Positions 59,425 to 64,000 of a stretch of 64,000 bases of DNA are shown here, one piece after another. Origin of the DNA: Amoebophrya sp. A120. Its lineage: Eukaryota > Protista > Dinoflagellata. Made by a program: the position numbers and the translations under genes. The number at the start of each line of letters is the position of its first letter. The stretch's first letter is position 1. Under the pieces are notes generated by a model. That model did not search any database, was not told the DNA's origin, and saw only the letters and a program-made list of their open reading frames with translations. Where the stretch lies: assembly GCA_905178155.1 (NCBI GenBank), contig CAJINV010000004.1, positions 3,245,035 through 3,309,034 on the forward strand, given 5' to 3'.

Positions 59425-62283
59425 TTATCTGTTTTGCTCGTGGTCCCACAACACAACAATGTATAGGCGTAAACACTCTTTTCTCGCGATATCATTTCCC
59501 AGCTGAAGGAACGAAGCCGAGAAACTGTTCTCGTTCCCCGGCGTAGCGGCTCCGGGCAGAACTTCCACTTGCTCCTCCACTACATTACTCGCAAAAGAAG
59601 AGCGTGAAGCAGCCATGGGACTGGTGGATGAGATGGAGGTCGCACTGCGGCCGCCAACAGCTTCATTGTCCTCCTCTTCGAGGAACGAACTCCCCTTGTG
59701 TCGGCTCGTGTGGTGCGAATGCGAGTGTTCATGTTTTTGGGCCGGCGAGACCACATTGCTGTTTGTTCGTGTCTGCGCTCCGCCTGCTGATACCTGAGTA
59801 CCACCGCCTTCCTTTTTGTTTTGGTTTTTATCCGAATTGGATTTTTTACTGCGCTCATCATTTTTGACGTGGTGGTCATGATCCGTCTTCTTCTTCTTCT
59901 TGTGTTTGTGGTGCGTGGAGGAAGCCTCGTCGCCCTGCTCGTCCTCGCCGGTAGTCCTCTCGTCGGCCGCGGCATCGGTTGGAGCTGCTTCGGGAACGAC
60001 TACAACTTGTTCCTCCTCTTGTTCGGCCACCGCAGTGGCTTCTGCTTCGGGGGGTCGTGGTGCAGCTTCATCTTCATCTTCATTGACAGCAGCATTTTCT
60101 GCGACCTCCTCTGCCGGAGCCGTTGGCGGTGCTGCAGTCTGCTGCGTCTGTTCCTCGGCTGCGATCATGCCCGTGGTTTGCTGCTCGTCCACCGGAGGGG
60201 CAATCTCCTCCGTAGTAGAAGTGTCTTCGATGGGTGTTCTTGGTGGAGAATTGTCGTTGTTCAAGTCGTACTTGCCCCATGCTGGCGCCTTTTTCGGCTT
60301 TTGACTCTTCCCTCCCGCCTTTTCGTCTTCTTGCTCCTCGGATCCCGACTCGGCGTCTGCCCGCTTCTGCTTTCGGCGTGCCGCGACGACTGCGCGCAGT
60401 CGCGGTGCCGCGACACCTGCGAGCCCTGCCCCTGCGGCAGTTGCGGCGACCTGGACCGGCTCCTTTTCTACCTCCTCTTTCACCACCGCCAGGGGACCCG
60501 GGCTACCAGCTGCTTCAGCTGGAGGCGCTCCGTCCTTCCAATACATCTCTTCCGCATCCAGCTGTCCGTTGCCGTCCTTGTCCTGAGATTTGAAAATTTC
60601 GTACAGTGTGGCCGTCCCCTCGCTGTCCCGGTGTTCGCCCGGGAGCTCCGCTACCGTGAGCGGCAGCTTGCCGTCCCCAAGCTCCTCCACGTCTTTGGCG
60701 GATAGGGAAAACCGCGCGGGATTGCCCCCGTCGTGGGCCCGGAGCTCCGCAAAAATGTTGTCTGTGTACAGCTGCACCGTACCAGCTGCGCTTCTCCCTG
60801 CCCCGCCGCTCCCCGGTTGAAAAACGTTTGCCAGTTTGGCTATTTTGTCCTCGCCGCTCGTAGCTTCCTCGCCGGTGTCGGGGAACATGCTTTTCGCTGT
60901 GGTTTTCAGCGCATCCTTTTGGTCGTCCGATAGGGCGTCGTACTCCGAGGTGCCGGGTACCGGAAAAGGTTTGGAAACGTCGAGTCCCATCTGGTTCATT
61001 TGCTGCTTGTACCGAAGTTGGGCCAGTTCACCCTCGCCGGCTATTGTTCCGTCGTTGTCCGTGTCCGCGGCTGCGAAGACCTCGTCTCCCCCGTGCCACT
61101 CGGTCTTCTCGATCGGATCATGACCGTCCCCAATAGCGGCATGCTCGTCAACGCCGCTAGTACCCGTGGAGGTCCCGAACACCTCATCCGCACCCGCGGT
61201 CTCGTCCAGCCACCGGGCCTGCACGTGCTCGGCGAACAGTTTTGCGGCTTCACTTATGGAGTTCTCAAATGTTACATTCTCAACTGTTGTAATGCAAGAC
61301 TGGCAAAAGTGAAAGGAGGAAGATTGCGCCCTTTGCATTACAAGTTTGCCGCAGATTTAGATGCTGTTTAGCCCTTCCGAAATTTGTCATGCGAAGCAGC
61401 TTGATCATCTGCCGGCTTAGGGTGCTTTTGCATGACAAATTCATGTAACTACAGTTGAGAATGTAACGTTTGAGAGTCCCATATCACTTTCGGATTCGGT
61501 GTGCAGTGCTTGCTTCAACTCCTCGGAAGTAATCCCGTCGCTGACGTCGATGTTCAAATCTATCGCTGCCGCTTTCAGCAGAGCCTTGGCCTCGTCTGGG
61601 GTTTGCTCCTCCGCCCCAAGGTGCAGTGCGTCTTTCTGTGCTCCGGAGAGACCGTCAATGCCGATTTGCAACGGCTGTCTGGAGTCCAGGCCGAGCTGCT
61701 CCTCCTGCAAGGCAAACAGCTCGTCCTCCCCCTCGATCTTCCCGTCGCCGTTCTTATCAGCGTGGTCGAACACATCCGCGCCCCCGTGCCATTCCGCTTC
61801 CAGGATGGGCATGTCGCCGTCTCCGATGCCGTAATACTCCTGGCCGTCTAAGAAGCCCTCCGTACTGTCGAATGCGCCATTATCGCCCGTTTTCGCGGCC
61901 AGCCAGTGCTCTTGGAATTAGTCCGCCAACTCGTGCGCTGCGTCCTCATCGTTATCAACACCGAGTGCCGTTTGCAGCTCCTCGCCGGTGATGCCATCAG
62001 TAAGATCGATCAGAGGTCGATGGTCATGTGTGGCAGCCGCATTTATCTCGTCCGCCGCAGCCTTCAACGCTGCTGTCTCGTCCGGCATTGGGACGTCTTC
62101 GGCTAACATGTTCAGCGCTTCCTGATACACCTGATCGTCTAGTAATCCGCCCAAGAGATCGACAACACCTTCCTCCGCATGCAGTGTTTCTTTCTCGTTC
62201 TTCGTGACAACTTTTCGGGCAGTGGCGAAGCGCGCTGCACCCGCGACACAGTGAACGAGAACTCTACCTAGCACGGCGCCCAT
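59425..62283 (-). CDS. secreted acidic EF-hand-like repeat protein with an in-frame TAA at 61918-61920
   Basis: Signal peptide MGAVLGRVLVHCVAGAA; loops DKNGDGKIEG, DTDNDGTIAG, DKDGNGQLDAEE; internal repeat (DGIT.EEL..AL...IGDG..PI...EWHGG..VF). Confidence 0.65.
61255..61483. mobile_element. introner, family C (229 bp)
   Basis: TSD TCACT; restores ESES|EAAK. Confidence 0.92.
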
Positions 62284-62687
62284 GATTCAGTTTCGGATAC
62301 TTAATTCGCTACACAGTCATTCGTTACCGACCACCCTAGGTGGCGGTCATTATCAGCAGTAAAGACATAGGTATGTTGCCGCCTAACTTGTTTTTTTGTT
62401 TTATCTCAACATTTGTCACTGCACGACCCAGAAGCAAGTCGTACCTCAGGATTTGGCTTGCAAGACGATTTTTCGCATTCTTCGAGAAACCCCGATGTAC
62501 AGTATCGCAACCCCTCGCCCTCCATAGCCCGTCCCATACTATCTAAACCTCGGTGCACGACATGCAGGATTGCATCTCATACTCATCTTGGCTTTATTTG
62601 ATGACCCAGAGAACTGCGAGCGAAGTCACGACGAAAACAGTGTGTAGATTTGCATTTGCAGTGCACGAGACCCACGACGTCGAGTGC

Positions 62688-62772
62688 ACGCAAACCGCCA
62701 TGAGAAACTCGCACGATGTAGACGATATTAACACGCGTGTAGATACCGGTGGAATCGAAACATCCACAGATA
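62688..62772. repeat. dispersed intergenic repeat, partial copy 2
   Basis: Matches about 55473-55551. Confidence 0.8.
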
Positions 62773-63648
62773 TGTAAAATTGGTTTTGTTGTATTCTTAG
62801 GTGCAGAGACGGGAGAACGGGAAGACGAACTACGCAACAACAGGAGGGGTTGGGGGAGGGGGTTTATAAGTCTAGCGCGCGAACACGGCCCTAAGTGGAA
62901 AGAAGATCGTTGGTGCTCGCTTAAAACTGTGATCCCAATGCGCAAGGCGGATATGGGCGCCGGCTCCACCATCCTTGCACTCACAGTTTTAACGTGTTGG
63001 CTATCTAGTACCGATGTGGGAAGCGGAAAACAAGACGCAACGGGGAACACGCACACTAACAGGGATCGAGGGGGATCATGAATTACCGATAGTATCGAGT
63101 ATGAGAATGAAACTCTTGCAAAAGTCAGACGAAAAGAGTCGAGAACGAGCAATACGATACGAGAAACGACCCAGAGTTGCTATTGCATGCGAATAAATAT
63201 AAATGTCACCAAGAGATAATGGAAACTGTACGCACAGCCACGAATCGGTAGTACTAAAACAACATATTCACGTCGGTAGGAGAGAAATGATGAGAATCTT
63301 AGAGCGAACCAGAAGCCGCAAGGTTTTAGGTAAACTCAAAAACTCACCGATGGAAAACTTCTCTGAATCTTCAAAACAGGATGTATTATTAGCCCAATTA
63401 GCTAGATACGAATTGAGCCAAACTGCAAAAGATCAACATTCCTATTTTGCCGTGAAGTCGTGTGTTCTATCGATTCGTTTTGGTTTCGCCTACAGAAACA
63501 ACATAATGACATACCGATAGATCTAATTTTGGATCGTTGACGCACACAAACATTACACGGAAACACGAAAGCACATCTGTCGTCTCTCCGGCGATGGCGA
63601 AGCTCCTGCTGTTTCTTGTTTGGTTTTGCATGAATAAAAATATAGATA

Positions 63649-63905
63649 ACACGCGTGTAGATACCGGTGGAATCGAAACATCCACAGATAACAGGCACGA
63701 AGGGTCGATCTTTTCGCCAAGAAGCGCTCTCTATCCGAGGGTGTTCACTTCATTTTGTATGTTTGTACGTACAATCAAAAGTTGAATTAAATTTTACAAG
63801 CGTGTATTCGGTCATTCAGAATCTTTCGGGGAATAAAATTCGAGTCCTTCGCAAAATTGCAATTCATCGCTCCACCGTGACCGTGTTCGGATAGGGTATA
63901 GTTTA
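63649..63905. repeat. dispersed intergenic repeat, copy 3
   Basis: Matches about 55514-55751. Confidence 0.9.
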
Positions 63906-64000
63906 TGAAGGTCGCGCCCGGAGGGCGATATTAGTAACCAAATGCGTGCGCGAAAATCTAACCAGCGCGAAAGCCTAACCAGCCGCGCGGCGAAAGCGCG

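Noticed and set aside
2177-61483. Recurring 25-30-bp repeats as a CRISPR-like array
   Set aside because: The repeats are inverted pairs bounding intronic elements in eukaryotic genes, with no regular spacers and no cas genes.

Overview
This is eukaryotic protist DNA. Its architecture most resembles the syndinian dinoflagellate parasite Amoebophrya; that is an inference, not a database match. About 11 genes all lie on the minus strand: a CNNM/DUF21-CBS transporter, a RAD5/HLTF-like SNF2-RING helicase, a CEP41-like protein, a SAM methyltransferase, a secreted Cys/Ser-rich protein, a START-like protein, a probable two-Sec membrane selenoprotein, a large TSP1/Thr-rich adhesin, a small membrane protein, an Oxa1/Cox18 insertase and a secreted EF-hand repeat protein. 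I mapped by eye 49 transposon-like introns (introner elements, about 9 families). Each has TA(T)...(A)TA terminal inverted repeats (TIRs) and a 5-bp target-site duplication (TSD), and in all 49 cases removing the element plus one TSD copy restores the reading frame. I found only 4 ordinary GT-AG introns. The most notable items are: (1) an intergenic 3.1-kb element with the same termini and 5-bp TSD, whose decayed interior may be a DDE transposase plus a nuclease, making it a candidate mobiliser of the introners; (2) a TGTVATGC/GCATBACA motif, in alternating orientation, shared inside introner families with unrelated termini; (3) a 1,984-bp LINE-like insertion with 64-bp exon duplications, tandemly doubled through a chimeric repeat, inside the adhesin gene; (4) a hidden selenoprotein with two in-frame UGA codons; (5) a 1.2-kb introner. 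All product calls come from motif recognition, and no searches were run.
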